Assembly (NCBI GenBank): GCA_964016885.1
Contig: OZ024741.1
Coordinates: forward strand, 65,348,001-65,412,000
Reading direction: 5' to 3'
Length of the DNA stretch: 64,000 nt
Origin: Eledone cirrhosa
Taxonomy: Eukaryota
Shown here: positions 1 through 12,173 of the stretch, one piece after another
How positions within the stretch are numbered: the stretch's first letter is position 1
Layout: each line of letters begins with the position of its first letter
The notes under the pieces: model-generated
What the model saw: the letters and a program-made list of their open reading frames with translations, nothing else
What the model was told of the DNA's origin: nothing
The model's database searches: none
Translations under genes and position numbers: made by a program

Positions 1-336
1 TTTTCTACTTCTATTTACTCCCGAGAGGGCTGTGGGGGTAGATTCCTCAGACAGACCTTTCAGAAGGTCCTATTAGAAACAACCATCTCTAAATGATTTG
101 GATAGATCATCAAGCGAAGCCAACCAAGCATATGAATGTTATCCAACCATCTTGCTCGTGGTTAGCCTCTGTCTCTCTCCTGCTGGTTGGCTTAGCAGTT
201 CTTAACTGATATTTTATTTTATCGATATAACTACAGTTTAAACCCCTCTCTTGGTAATGCATATCTTTTATGTGTAATTTTGCAGCGATACGATTTCCAA
301 AGCCTTTATGACGATTATGTTGATGAAATATATATA

Positions 337-470
337 TAACAACAAAGAAGGTGTGGTAAGATACCAGGTGGACTATAACGCACCAGAGTACTCGATACTT
401 GGGGTAGTAGAGTTCAGATCTAGCTGTCGAAACGGCCAGAGCTCAGCCGTCGGAGTCCTGACTCTTTTCA
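337..470. mobile_element. Short (TA)n-embedded repeat family (probable Penelope-type terminus), copy with one hairpin arm lost
   Basis: Shares ccagagtactcgatacttggggtagtagagt and gagctcagccgtcgg(a/g)gtcct with copies at ~1920-2124, 8940-9132 and 12429-12536. Flanked by TA runs. Confidence 0.55.
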
Positions 471-532
471 TATATATATATATATACGAGTATATATATT
501 TCATCAACATAATCGCCATAAAGGCTTGGGAA

Positions 533-588
<56 letters not shown>

Positions 589-590
589 TA

Positions 591-655
591 CAGGGTGTCC
601 CCAAAAATGTATACACACTGTGATTACCTGTAGAGGCACTATTTATTAGAATACT
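591..655. mobile_element. Tc1/mariner-type MITE end (TA|CAGGGTGTCCCC...)
   Basis: ta-cagggtgtccccaaaaatgtatacacact. Related copies at ~1780-1862 (inverted) and ~20025-20121. Confidence 0.5.
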
Positions 656-1112
656 TTTTTGTGTGGTGGTGGTGGTGGGGAGATAAAGTTAATGGAATCG
701 ACATCAGCAGCTGACTGGTACTTTATTTTATCGACCATTTGATTGAATGAAAAGCAAAGCTGACCTCGATGGGATTTGAACTCAGAAAGTAAAGGGCCAT
801 AACTAAATGCTACAAAACATTTTGTTCGGCGCTCTACCGTCATCTATCAATGTCAGATTTTTGACTGGAGCGTAATGTCATTCCAGTAATTAGACATTGC
901 GATAAATAAATGAATAAATTATTATTTTTTTAAATCACCAACAACCTTTCTTAATTATCTGCAAATTTTCGTTAAAAACAAAAAGTGCATTATTGAGAAA
1001 GTGATGAAGAAACAAAATCGGGGTTGGGGAAATACTAATTTTAACGACCGCGGAATGAAAACAAAGTTGACAGGAAAAGGATTTGAACTGAGATCGTAAA
1101 GAGTCGTAACTA

Positions 1113-1280
1113 AATAATTGTTTCTACTTTAGGCACAAGGCCAGCAATTACCCAGTGCATTACTGGTACTTTATTTTATCGACCCCGTAAGGATGAACGG
1201 CAAAGCTAACCTCGGCGGGATTTGAACTCAGAACGTAAAGGGCCGCAACTATATGCTGCAAAACATGTTGTCTGACGCTA
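1113..1280 (-). mobile_element. tRNA-derived SINE, dominant family (Meta/MESC-like core)
   Basis: B box gagttcaaatcccgcc, core gttcatccttacggggtcgataaaataaagtaccag, tail aattgctggccttgtgcc...agaaacaattatt. Older copies at ~690-845 and ~1040-1110. Confidence 0.8.
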
Positions 1281-1653
1281 ATAAAACAAATAACTTAGCC
1301 CTCCCTCAATGCTATAACGATAATAAACAATAATACTGAAATTTGGCTGCTATTTCTAGCAGGTCGAGTGACCGCATAGAGTCTGCTTATAGTTGTGTCA
1401 GCTGATGTTATGAACAAAAATTGTTCAAGTAAAAAGAAATTCAAAATAAAAGAAAAATACAAAAACTATCAAATTACAGGCAAGAGGTAAGGAGGAAAAG
1501 GTGGTGGTTGAAAGAAGGTTTACTGGTTGGAAGGGGTAGTTAATAGGGTCTTTGTCATTGAAGAGAGCTACGTACGGGAGCTACGACTTTGTTGAAAAGG
1601 TCAACCAAATCTCCTAGATCTGCGGCGAGACGACATGTCACGGACACACACAC

Positions 1654-1685
<32 letters not shown>

Positions 1686-1863
1686 ACATATACATACACA
1701 TACACACACACATACTCTCTCCCTCTCACACACGCATGAGTTTCACGTTTTACTGATCCTCATAGTGCCGTGTATTATATATGTCTCCCAAAAATGTCTG
1801 ATTACTTGTACAGGGCAATATTTATTAGAATGGTGTACACATTTTTGGTGGGGACACACTGTA

Positions 1864-1919
<56 letters not shown>

Positions 1920-1924
<5 letters not shown>

Positions 1925-2124
1925 ATGGATGCAGTAAAAACCTGTTAGACCATTTCTCACCAGAGTACTCGATACTTGGGGTAGTAGAGTGTGGTATTAT
2001 GAAGGACTTGGGATCCCGACGGCTGAGCTCCTGCCCTTTCCACAGCTATTTCCGAACTGGATTCAGTTCGGGAATAGCTGTTGAAACGACAGGAGCTCAG
2101 CCGTCGGGGTCCTGAATTCCTCAT
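1920..2124. mobile_element. Same short (TA)n-embedded family, with imperfect ~60 bp-arm hairpin (about 1999-2124)
   Basis: gggatcccgacggctgagctcctg...cagctatttccgaactg gatt cagttcgggaatagctg...caggagctcagccgtcggggtcct, between TA runs. Confidence 0.6.
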
Positions 2125-2209
2125 ATATATATATATATATATATTATACAAATATGACCCTCCCCAAATATAACAATATATATATATATACTTCGGGAGG
2201 GTCATATTT

Positions 2210-3745
2210 GTGTAATATTGCCAGAATTAATAACAGAACACACTCACTGTTTGGTTGGTTTTCGCTTCTGTCTCTTTTATATCGGTAAACTAATTTATTC
2301 GGTCCTCAATGTTGCCATTGACTGACCAACGGTCAAAAATAATACAGATACAATATAGACACAAACACATATATATAGTTTATCAAAGTTCTTTCGTTGC
2401 ACATCTGCAACATCGTCAGTGGTGCTATTGTTTCCTCCCGTTACATTGTATGTCTACGCCATTTTTATTTAGTCTGTCTATATATTTATTTATTTGTTTG
2501 TTTGTTTATTTTATTTTGTCTTCTTTGCGCATGCGTTTGCGTGTGTGTATAGTGTTTTGTTTGATGTGTGTTCGTGATTGGGTGACTAGTATGTGTTTAT
2601 ATGTGTTTGTTGTTATTGTGCTTGTGTATTTATTTATTTATTTATCTATTTATTTATTTATTTATACTTCTCTTAGGTCAGTGTTGTTTGTTTGGGTGTT
2701 GTTGTTATTCCATTCATTCTTTCTGTTTAGTCTTGGCCTTCTAAGTTCTATTTCACTGGCCTCTCTGATTTGTCTATCTGCTGGGTCATTTATATGTTTA
2801 GGTATTATTCTAATTTCTATGTTGTCTATGTTACCGTCATGTTGTTGTCTGGCATGTTCGTATAGTACTGACCCGTTTTTTCGTCCTTTTAGTTCCCCCC
2901 AGTGTTGGTCTATCCTTTAACCTATGCTATGTATGTTGTTGTCATGTTTCTGCAAGTACCCTCTGTACATCTTATGCTATAGACTACGTTTCTAGTTTTA
3001 CAGTTTATCCGGGGGTTCACTTTACATATGATACATTTCCTATTAGTACAGTGGGTTTTCTTAAAAGGGTATGTTTTGCTGATCAGGGATTTTATGGTGG
3101 TTCCTGGCTTTTCTACCACCTCAATCTTTAAGTGGGTCTTTCTCAGGGCCTTTCTACACTGGTTAGCTAATTTCCCTCCAGGGGTAGCGTCCACAAACAT
3201 GACACTCTGGTATCTCTGGTTGTCGTACCATGAGGTGGCTTTCCCTATCTTATGTCTAGCCCTATCTAAGCTATTCCATGATTTGCTCCTGTATAATGGG
3301 CAAATTCCTTTCATGTCCAGTTCTATGAGGGTCCTATACTTCTCCATGGCTCCTTCGTATACTCTGACTCTGTCTCTTTGGTTGTAGCCAGAGAACTGCA
3401 TGCGGTTGATGAAGTGTTGGATGAGTCTTTCCATTTCTGTTGGGTCGCACATGCGGGACACATTCTTCATCACTCGTACCAAATCTGCGATCAGAATATT
3501 AAACTTAGCACTACTGGACATTGCTGAGTTTTTGAGTATCAGGTATTTGGAGTATCAGGTATTTGGAGGCATAGTGTGAGTGGAGAATTTGGGCTCTCTC
3601 GTCTATAGTGTTAATCCAGAGTTCCGTGTCTAATACAGGTAGTCTATTGTTAGGGTGTTTGGAAGGGAAGTCGATAGTTACAGTTATACTCTGGTGTATG
3701 GAATTAGCTATCTGCTGGATGCCTTCCATTGTGCTACGTTCTAAT
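2210..3745 (-). mobile_element. 5'-truncated Penelope-like retroelement (end of RT, thumb, Cys-rich linker, GIY-YIG endonuclease, 3' UTR); frameshifted
   Basis: ORF 3511-3729 (LPVLDTELW, late RT). ORF 2922-3521 (SGY...PLYRS...CTNRKCIIC...CKTRNVVYSIRC...YI). A shifted frame continues SVLYEHARQQH...REASEIELRRPRLNRKNEW. Confidence 0.85.
2381..2425 (-). ncRNA. Minimal type I hammerhead ribozyme motif in Penelope 3' UTR
   Basis: Minus strand reads CUGACGA-U-GUUGCA-GAUG-UGCAAC-GAAA-GAACUU. Perfect 6-bp stem II, short stem III, eroded stem I. Confidence 0.65.
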
Positions 3746-3877
3746 TATTATATATAATTATTATATATATATATATACGGGATAACAAATTATTGTTATA
3801 GGTAGTCCACTTAGATGTAGTCCAGTTTGTTTTTAAAAACACTTTAGTCTTTATTGTGTTGCATCAGATTAGTCCAG

Positions 3878-3937
<60 letters not shown>

Positions 3938-3940
<3 letters not shown>

Positions 3941-4369
3941 GAAAAATTGAACGGGGACAGAACAGAGAGGCAGTACGATAAATGTTTATTAAATTCACGC
4001 TCAGGAGAGTGGGGGGTAGGTGGGGGACGACGTTTCGGGCATAAGCCCTTCTTCAGGTGAGAAGTGTGTGGGAACAGAGTTCAAAAGGTGTGTAGGGGAG
4101 TGGTGGAGAGACATATAGCGAAAGGAAACGGTGCGAATGAAAAATTAACAAATAAAGACAAAAAATATAATAAATAAAAATAAAGCATGATCAAAATACA
4201 AGGAATGAGAAAATTTAAAAATAAAGGCATGATCAAAATAAACTGAAATTAAAAGGGAGGTAAACAGGTGGTGGAAGGGTGTGGGGTGAGTAGGGTGGTG
4301 GCGGGTGGAGTGGGGAGAGGGAGACGGGGTGTCCGAGCGGGGAGGGCTGAAGGTGGTGTGTGTGGTTAG

Positions 4370-4406
<37 letters not shown>

Positions 4407-5387
4407 AAAGTGAGGGTTGGGGGAAGAACGGGGTTGCATGTTCAGGAAAGTGTGTGTGGGGGGTGTTTTTGTGGGTCGGAGTGTCTGTGCGTGTGTGGAT
4501 AGGGGGTGGGGGGAGAGGAATCAGGAGGCTGAGGGTGTAAATATGTGGTGGGAAGCACGTGTGTGTGGTTTAAGCGTGTTGTGGGTGTGGGTGGCGTGTG
4601 GATAAAAAAAATGTTTGTTGGGGTGCGTGTGTGGGTGAGTTATATAGGTGATGGTGTAAGAGGATGGTTGAAAAGTTGGTAAGTTCCACGGATGTTTGGA
4701 GATTTTGGTTAGAAGTCAATTTCGCGTGTGGGTAATCCAAGAAGCGGTGGTCGGAAGAGGAGAGATGTGGGGTGCGCGCGCAACAGGAAGTGGTCAGCAG
4801 TGGGAGTGCTGTGGTCAGTTGGTGCTGAGAGGTGGTCGGAAGGGCATAGCAGCAGTCGGCGGAATGGTAGGGAGGCGAGGATGGGTAGGTGTGAGAGTTG
4901 GAGTGAGGAGGGTGTGTGTGTGTGTGTGTGTATTAGTAGGGGTGTTAGTGGGATGAGTGAGTGTGGGGCGGGGAGAGAAGGGTGTGTGTGGTTCTATGGA
5001 GGGAGTGTGGTGTACTGGTGTGTGTGTAGTTTGGTGAAGAGGTATTAGTGGGTGTTAGTATACGGGAGGTGGGGAGGGGTCGAATGCAGGTGTGAGTGGG
5101 GGTAGGGTGTGTAGAGTTGGTGGTGTACGAGGGTGTGTGGGTACGTGTGCGTGGGGTTGGAGGGTGTTAGTGATGTTAGTTGCGTGTGGGGTGGGTGGTG
5201 TAAGTGGGTGCGTGTGTGCGTGTGATAAGGAGGGGGGAGGAGGAGAAGAGGGGAGGGAAGGGATGTTAGTATTTTAGTTGGGGAAGGGTGGTCAGATGAG
5301 GGGTGGAGTGGAGGTGTTAGTATTGTTAGTGTGGGGTGGGCGGTGAAAAGGAGGGGTGTGTTAGTGGTGTTAGTGGGGGATAAGTGG

Positions 5388-5388
<1 letters not shown>
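3938..5388 (-). mobile_element. Probable degenerate Penelope-like 3' segment with long GT/GGT-rich low-complexity tract, bounded by (TA)n
   Basis: Terminus 3965-4060 matches 40088-40170 and contains a hammerhead core. The remainder is strongly strand-biased low-complexity sequence. Confidence 0.5.
4026..4058 (-). ncRNA. Minimal hammerhead ribozyme motif
   Basis: Minus strand reads CUGAAGA-A-GGGC-UUAU-GCCC-GAAACGUC, with palindromic ACGU stem III. Stem I is only about 2 bp. Confidence 0.55.
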
Positions 5389-5413
<25 letters not shown>

Positions 5414-5419
<6 letters not shown>

Positions 5420-6315
5420 TAACAGATTAAAGTTTAAGCAAAGAATCGCTGCTTTCACCCTTAATGGGATCTTCTGAAACTAACAAAGTCAATCTGTGAA
5501 CGCAGAAGTGAATATTTCAAAAAACGTTGCAACCGGAGGAAGACAGGAAGATGATACTTTGTTGGTTCGTGGAAACGTTCCCTGGCAAAGAACGGGAAAA
5601 AACGAATATAATTGTTTCTACTTTAGGCACAAGGCCAGCAATAACCCAGTGCATTACTGGTACATTATTTTATCGACCCCGTAAAGATGAAAGGCAAAGT
5701 CAACCTCGGCGAGATTTGAACTCAGATCGTAAAGGGACGTAATTATGCTGGAAAGCATGGCGTCCGACCCTCTACCGATACTGCCAATACACCGCCCTAG
5801 AAAATAAGAAATAATGGTAAAACGAATATAATACGTCATTATTTGGAGCAGTGAAAAACAATTACACGCAAAGACAAAACCACATTTATGGTATAAAAGA
5901 AGTCGTAGACTAGGTGGTTCATAGAGACGTTCTCTGGCAATGAACGGAAAAAACGAAGATAATACGTCATATGTGGAGCGGGTAGAACAATTGCACGCAA
6001 AGACAAAACCACGTAAATGATATAACTGAAGTCGTAGACTAAAATTCTAACTAGGAAACCGAATGATTCTCGGCTTCAGAGTTAAGAATAAAGTAAATAA
6101 AATACAGAGGTAATTGAAATTAAATAAATACATACATGCATCCATATACGTACATACACAAGCATACGCGAAAACACTCGCCATAGGTATACAAATACAC
6201 GCACGTACACAGAAAAAAAAATAAAATAAAACCGCACGCGCATACGGAACTCACGCAACACCTGTACCCGCACTCATAACGAATGTATACACCAAATACA
6301 CATAAAAATATATAT

Positions 6316-6377
<62 letters not shown>

Positions 6378-7203
6378 CGTGTATACATATAATTAAATAA
6401 ACGTATATAAATAAATAAATACGTATATAACAAGCGCACACACACACATACCTACATGTAAATACACATATGTTCGGAGACGAACGTCAACCAAAACACA
6501 AAGTACACATATACACGCGCCCTACATACGTACGAACCCGCATACTCACACAGACTCAAAACTCACGTATACACATAACCAAAAGCATATGTACCAGAAT
6601 ATATAATATATACGCCATAACATATACAATCAAATATACGTACGTGAAAGTATACGTACTTTCACAAAACATACAGGTAATATATACTTACCTATACAAA
6701 TAAGTAAAGGTATAAACATAACATATACTTAGCTACCACATCAAGACGTAAAATATCCGCGTATAGTTCGTACTATCAGTTAGAGTATAATGTGGGGCTG
6801 TAATACAGGAAAGTGTTGTGCAATTTATGTTTACAATCCGAAATTGCCTCAGATTTTTTGTTTAAGATGTGGTCTTTGGCGTAGAGTATTTCCAGTGCCT
6901 CAGCGGCGCAGAGGTCACATGGTATTTTATTTCCGTTATACGATCTAGCCCTAGCTAGGATCTCCCAGTGTAACTTATATTGGGTGTGGGGAGGTTGAAG
7001 CCTTTAAAGAAGGCTGTGAGTTCTTTTCTGAACCTGTCGCAAGCACATGGGCCGCACTTAGTCATGGTCAAAAGACCATCATCACGGTACAAACCACCGC
7101 CTACGTTGGGGAATTCTTCCTTGACAGAGAAAAGAAGGAAAAGGCCGATAAGATCAGTAACCTCCGCAGAAGCGCTTAGTGTTTTAGTGAAATTGATAGC
7201 TCT
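5414..7203 (-). mobile_element. Penelope-like element, left arm of fold-back palindrome (RT fragment, end of GIY-YIG, 3' UTR)
   Basis: RAINFTKTL / SAEVTDLIGLFLL...GGGLYRDDGLL, homologous to the ORF at 36979. 5414-6985 is the reverse complement of about 7495-8816 apart from a SINE insertion. Confidence 0.85.
5608..5798 (-). mobile_element. Full-length SINE inserted in the left palindrome arm, TSD aaaacgaatataat
   Basis: A box tggcagtatcggtag, B box gagttcaaatc. Absent from the right arm. TSD at 5599-5612 and 5819-5832. Confidence 0.85.
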
Positions 7204-7207
7204 CCTT

Positions 7208-8895
7208 AGAGCTATCAATTTCGCTAAAACACTTACAGTGGTTTAGGATTTCGAAGTTGATGTCATCCTCAATGCCCGTAAGTCGCTGATTAATTTCGAC
7301 GACTCTATTTGGATTAATAAATCTAATAGTACCCCATTCGACGTGAGTATGGGCGCCAGCGATTCTGCGGAGGTTACTGATCTTATCGGCCTTTTCCTTC
7401 TTTTCTCTATCAAGGAAGAATTCCCCATTTTCGTTGCCCTTTAAGAAGGAATATGACGTCACTTTCAGCTTATATCTGGAGTCTAAAAGACAACCACACC
7501 CAATATAACTTACACTGGGAGATCCTAGCTAGGGCTAGATCGTATAAGGAAATAAAATACCATGTGACCTCTGCGCCGCTGATCCATGGAAATACTCTAC
7601 GCCAAAGACCACATCTTAAACAAAAATCTGAGGCAATTTCGGCTTGTAAACATAAATTGCACAAAACTTTCCTGTATTACAGCCCCACATTATACCCTAA
7701 CGGATAGTACGAACTATACGCGGATATTTTACGTCTTGATGTGGTAGCTAAGTATATGTTATGTTTATACCATTACTTATTTGTATAGGTAAGTATATAT
7801 TACCTGTATGTTTTGTGAAGGTACGTATACTTTCTCGTACGTATATTTGATTGTATGTGTTATGGCGTATATATTATATATTCTGGTACATATGCTTTTG
7901 GTTATGTGTATACGTGAGTTTTGCGTCTGTTTGAGTATGCGGGTTCGTACGTATGTAGGGTGCGTGTATATGTGTACTTTGTTTTGGTTGACGTTCGTCT
8001 CCGAACATATGTGTATTTACATGTAGGTATGTGTGTGCGCTTGTTATATACGTATTTATTTATTTATATACGTTTATTTAATTATATGTACACACACACA
8101 TATATATATATATTTTTTTTTAATATATATTTTTATGTGTATTTGGTGTATACATTAGTATGCGCGCGGGTACAGGCGTTGCGTGGGTTCTGTATGTGCG
8201 TGCGGATTTTTTTTAATTTTTTTTATTTGTGTGTACGTGCGTGTATTTTTATACCTATGGCGAGTGTTTTCGCGTATGCTTGTGTATGTACGTATATGGA
8301 TGCATGTATGTATTTATTTAATTTCAATTACCTCTGTATTTTATTTACTTTATTCTTAACCCTGAAGCCGAGAATCATTCGGTTTCCTAGTTAGAATTTT
8401 AGTCTACGACTTCAGTTATATCATTTACGTGGTTTTGTCTTTGCGTGCAATTGTTCTACCCGCTCCACATATGACGTATTATCTTCGTTTTTTCCGTTCA
8501 TTGCCAGAGAATGTCTCTATGAACCACCTAACAGAATATTAGTCTACGACTTCTTTTATACCGTAAATGTGGTTTAGTTGTTGCGTGTAATTGTTTTTCA
8601 CCGCTCCAAATAATGACGTATTATATTCGTTTTTTCCGGTTCTTTGCCAGGGAACGTTTCCACGAACCAAAATATCGTCTTCCTGTCTTCCTCCGGCTGC
8701 AACGTTTTTTGAAATATTCACTTCTGCGTTCACAGATTGACTTTGTTAATTTCAGAAGATCCCGTTAAGGGTGAAAGCAGCGATTCTTTGCTTAAACTTT
8801 AATCTGTTATTTTAATAAATATTTGCTCTACGGTTCTTATATATTTCACATATATTTATCCTTATCGAGCCCTCTTTGGATTTTAGTCTTATTAT

Positions 8896-8900
<5 letters not shown>
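7208..8900 (+). mobile_element. Penelope-like element, right arm of fold-back palindrome
   Basis: RAINFAKTL...DVILNARKSLINF...FDVSMGASDSAEVTDLIGL, then a deletion to LSAYIWSLK...WEILARA...CDLC...LNKKSEAISACKHK. Ends in (TA)n. Confidence 0.85.
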
Positions 8901-8939
<39 letters not shown>

Positions 8940-8944
<5 letters not shown>

Positions 8945-9130
8945 AACGAGTAGGACCCCGACGGCTGAGCTCAAGCCGTTTCGACGGCTAATTCTGGACT
9001 AGAATTAGCCGTCGAAACGGCTTGAGCTCAGCCGTCGGGGTCCTACTCGTTCCTATTACCCACTCTACTACCCTAAGTATTGAGTACTTTGGTGCGTTAT
9101 GGTCCATCTGGTTCCTTACCACATCCTTCG

Positions 9131-9132
<2 letters not shown>
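8940..9132 (+). mobile_element. Short (TA)n-embedded element with a perfect 56-bp-arm hairpin (8940-8995 / 9001-9056) plus unique tail
   Basis: Arms are exact reverse complements around the spacer ggact. The tail matches 337-412 and 1958-1995 in reverse. Confidence 0.75.
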
Positions 9133-9195
<63 letters not shown>

Positions 9196-9287
9196 AACCT
9201 AATAAACCTTTATTTGTCTGCCTCTCTGTTTTTGTTCCCGTCCAAGTTTTCACTATATATATATATATATATAATTATAAGTTTGAA

Positions 9288-9667
<380 letters not shown>

Positions 9668-10324
9668 GAGAAATACGTCTCTTAATGCAGTAGAATATAT
9701 AGGTACGTATATACCTAGCTACTTTGATACATACACACTCGTAAACATTAATACAATTAATACATACAAACATATACACTGACAAAAACATACAGACTGC
9801 TATAAATAAGTGTGAACTAGACAATAATCCGCTACCCCACTAATCCACCGATCTATAACAGCTCGGGATTATGTCCCATTGATCTACCTTTCTTTCTAGG
9901 CACCAACCCACCTGTTCATACCTATCATTTCCCCCCTCTCTCCCTCACACACATAATACCAGCACCCACTTGTGACTTTTCTCGTGTATCTGCTTGTTTG
10001 TTTGTTTGTCTATCTGTCTGTATACGTGAAACAGAAAACTTAGAAAAAACAAGCACATTGACAATTCCTGTTAATCGGCAGTCTTCTGGGATTCATTACA
10101 GTTTCGGTTTGCTTAACGTTTAGAAAAGAGTTTTTACGTTTCTAACACTAGTCCTTCATCAAAAGATAGATTGAGAAATAAAAGATGAAATAGAAAGATA
10201 GATTGAGAAGAGAGAGAAACGGAAAAAAACATATACGTATTTTTCAACCTAGCAAACTTGGTTATTTGCAATTGGAACACATGTATAGTTATATCTGTGT
10301 TCACTCCTCTCATATATCCAATTA

Positions 10325-12118
10325 CACCGTGTAACAAAAAATTTTTTTTCTCTGTTCCTGGCTTGTAATCACTTTTTTTTGTGTTGCTTAGGTCCCAAAT
10401 AAATAAAAAAAGTGCTATTAAACAGTTAAAAGTTTGGGTTTGTAAAAATTCTAAGCTATTCACTAGAATTATTTGTATGCTGGATTTTACGTTGTATGTA
10501 AGTTTAATTTGCTTATGTTAAATGATTTTTTTAATATATGTTTCAGGTTAAATTAAAATTATAAAATAAAGAGTAATACCTAAAGAAAATTATAAAAGTG
10601 CAATAAAGTATAAAATTGTTAAAAAGTGGATTAAAGAGATTTATTGATACTGGGGTACCAGAAAAAGTTCCTCACTTCCCAAACCAAAAAGAAGTCAATG
10701 ACTTGGTCAGGGATATGGGTCTGACCAAGTCCAATGCAGAGCTATTCGTCTCCAGGATGAAGCAGTGGAACTTGGTCAAGGAGGAAGTGCAGGTGACAAG
10801 TCAGAGAAGTCGACACGAACCTTTCTCAGGCGTTTACACTCTTAGGGATGGCCTCTGCTCCCGCAATGACGTGTCTGGACTGTTTGACGTTATTGGGGTG
10901 CTGTTTGTGCCCAAGGAGTGGCGGCTATTTATAGACAGCTCCACCACAAGTTTGAAGGCTGTCCTCCTCCACAATGGAAACAAGTTCTCGACACTGCCCC
11001 TAGCTCATTCAGTCTGCCTGAAGGAAGATTACTACAGTGTGAAAGTCCTCTTGGAAGCTCTGCAATACAACCAGTACAATTGGGAAATCATTGGAAACTT
11101 CAAGATGGTGGCTTTCCTGCTTGGACTCAAATAAGGCTTTATCAAATTCCAATGCTTCCTCTGCCTTTGGGACAGCAGAACCACCTCTGACCACTACAAA
11201 AGAAAGAACTAGAAACAGCGAACAGAATTTGTAGTTGGGACCCGGAACGTCATGTGGGAGCCATTGGTTGATCCCAGGATTGTGCTCATGCCGCCACTGC
11301 ACATTAAGTTGGGGTTGATGAAGCAGTTTGTGAAGGCTCTCCAAGAATCAGCCGCTTTTAAGTACCTTCTTGAGTTCTTCCCCAAGTTATCTGGGGCCAA
11401 AATCAAAGGTGGAATTTTTGTTGGACCTCAGATAAAGAAGGTGTTTGAGTCTACCGAGTTCTCCAATAAGCTCAATAGGATTGAGAGAACAGCATGCAAC
11501 TGTTTCAAGGCAGTTGTTAAGGGCTTCCTGGGCAACTACAGAGCTGAAAACTACCAGCAACTGGTTCAGGATCTGATAAAGGTTTTTGGCTCCATGGGAT
11601 GCAGAATGTCGCTTAAACTCCATATGTTGGACGCTCACCTGGAAAAATTAAAGGAAAATATGGGCGCCTACTCAGAAGTACAAGACGAACGATTCCACCA
11701 AGATGTGAAAGAGATAGAGCGGAGGTACCAGAGCCACTACAATGAAAAAATGATGGGGGACTATATCTGGGGGCTAGTGCGGGAATGCGACCTGGACTAC
11801 AACCGCAAATCCAGGAAATTCATTCATTTCTGACGTGTATAAGTTGCTTTATAAGTGTTATTTGTTTTTACTTGTTTGCTTTTGATAAGCTTGTGTAATA
11901 AAATAAATATATACTCTGTTGATTTAATTATATGAACTGATAAATTTTAAAAAAATGTGTTTTTTCTTGAAAAATATGAAAATTTTGAAATATCAAACTC
12001 CTGACCACAAACCCAAACTTCTGATTAAATAATAGTGTTTTTTAAAAAATAATAATGGGATATAACAAACCAGTAAATGACATTTAGAACCGGGGAACAA
12101 AAAATATGTTACACGGTG
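10325..12118 (+). mobile_element. Chapaev3-type (CMC superfamily) DNA transposon, non-autonomous derivative
   Basis: Termini CACCGTGTAACA / TGTTACACGGTG, imperfect subterminal inverted repeat (aagtttgggtttgt / acaaacccaaactt), 3-bp TTA TSD at 10322-10324 and 12119-12121. Confidence 0.8.
10616..11833 (+). pseudogene. Transposase pseudogene (Chapaev-like DDE) with two in-frame stops
   Basis: WRLFIDSS..SLKAVLLHNGN, C.LCLWDSR, PPLHIKLGLMKQFVKAL, MSLKLHMLDAHL, ERFHQD. ORFs 10616-11134 and 11252-11833 are in the same frame. Confidence 0.85.
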
Positions 12119-12173
12119 TTATATACATATATAACGTAATTTAATGTAGAAATGTATTGAGTGCATTATTTAC

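Noticed and set aside
8745-8790. Hammerhead-like CAGAAGA-UCCC..GGGU-GAAA in both arms of the large palindrome
   Set aside because: U4 is replaced by A and there is no clear NUH triplet or stem I. At best a decayed or variant motif.
10134-10163. Minus-strand UUGAUGA-AGGAC..GUUA-GAAACGUA hammerhead-like motif
   Set aside because: C3 is mutated and stem II is poorly paired. Probably a relic and not reported as a feature.
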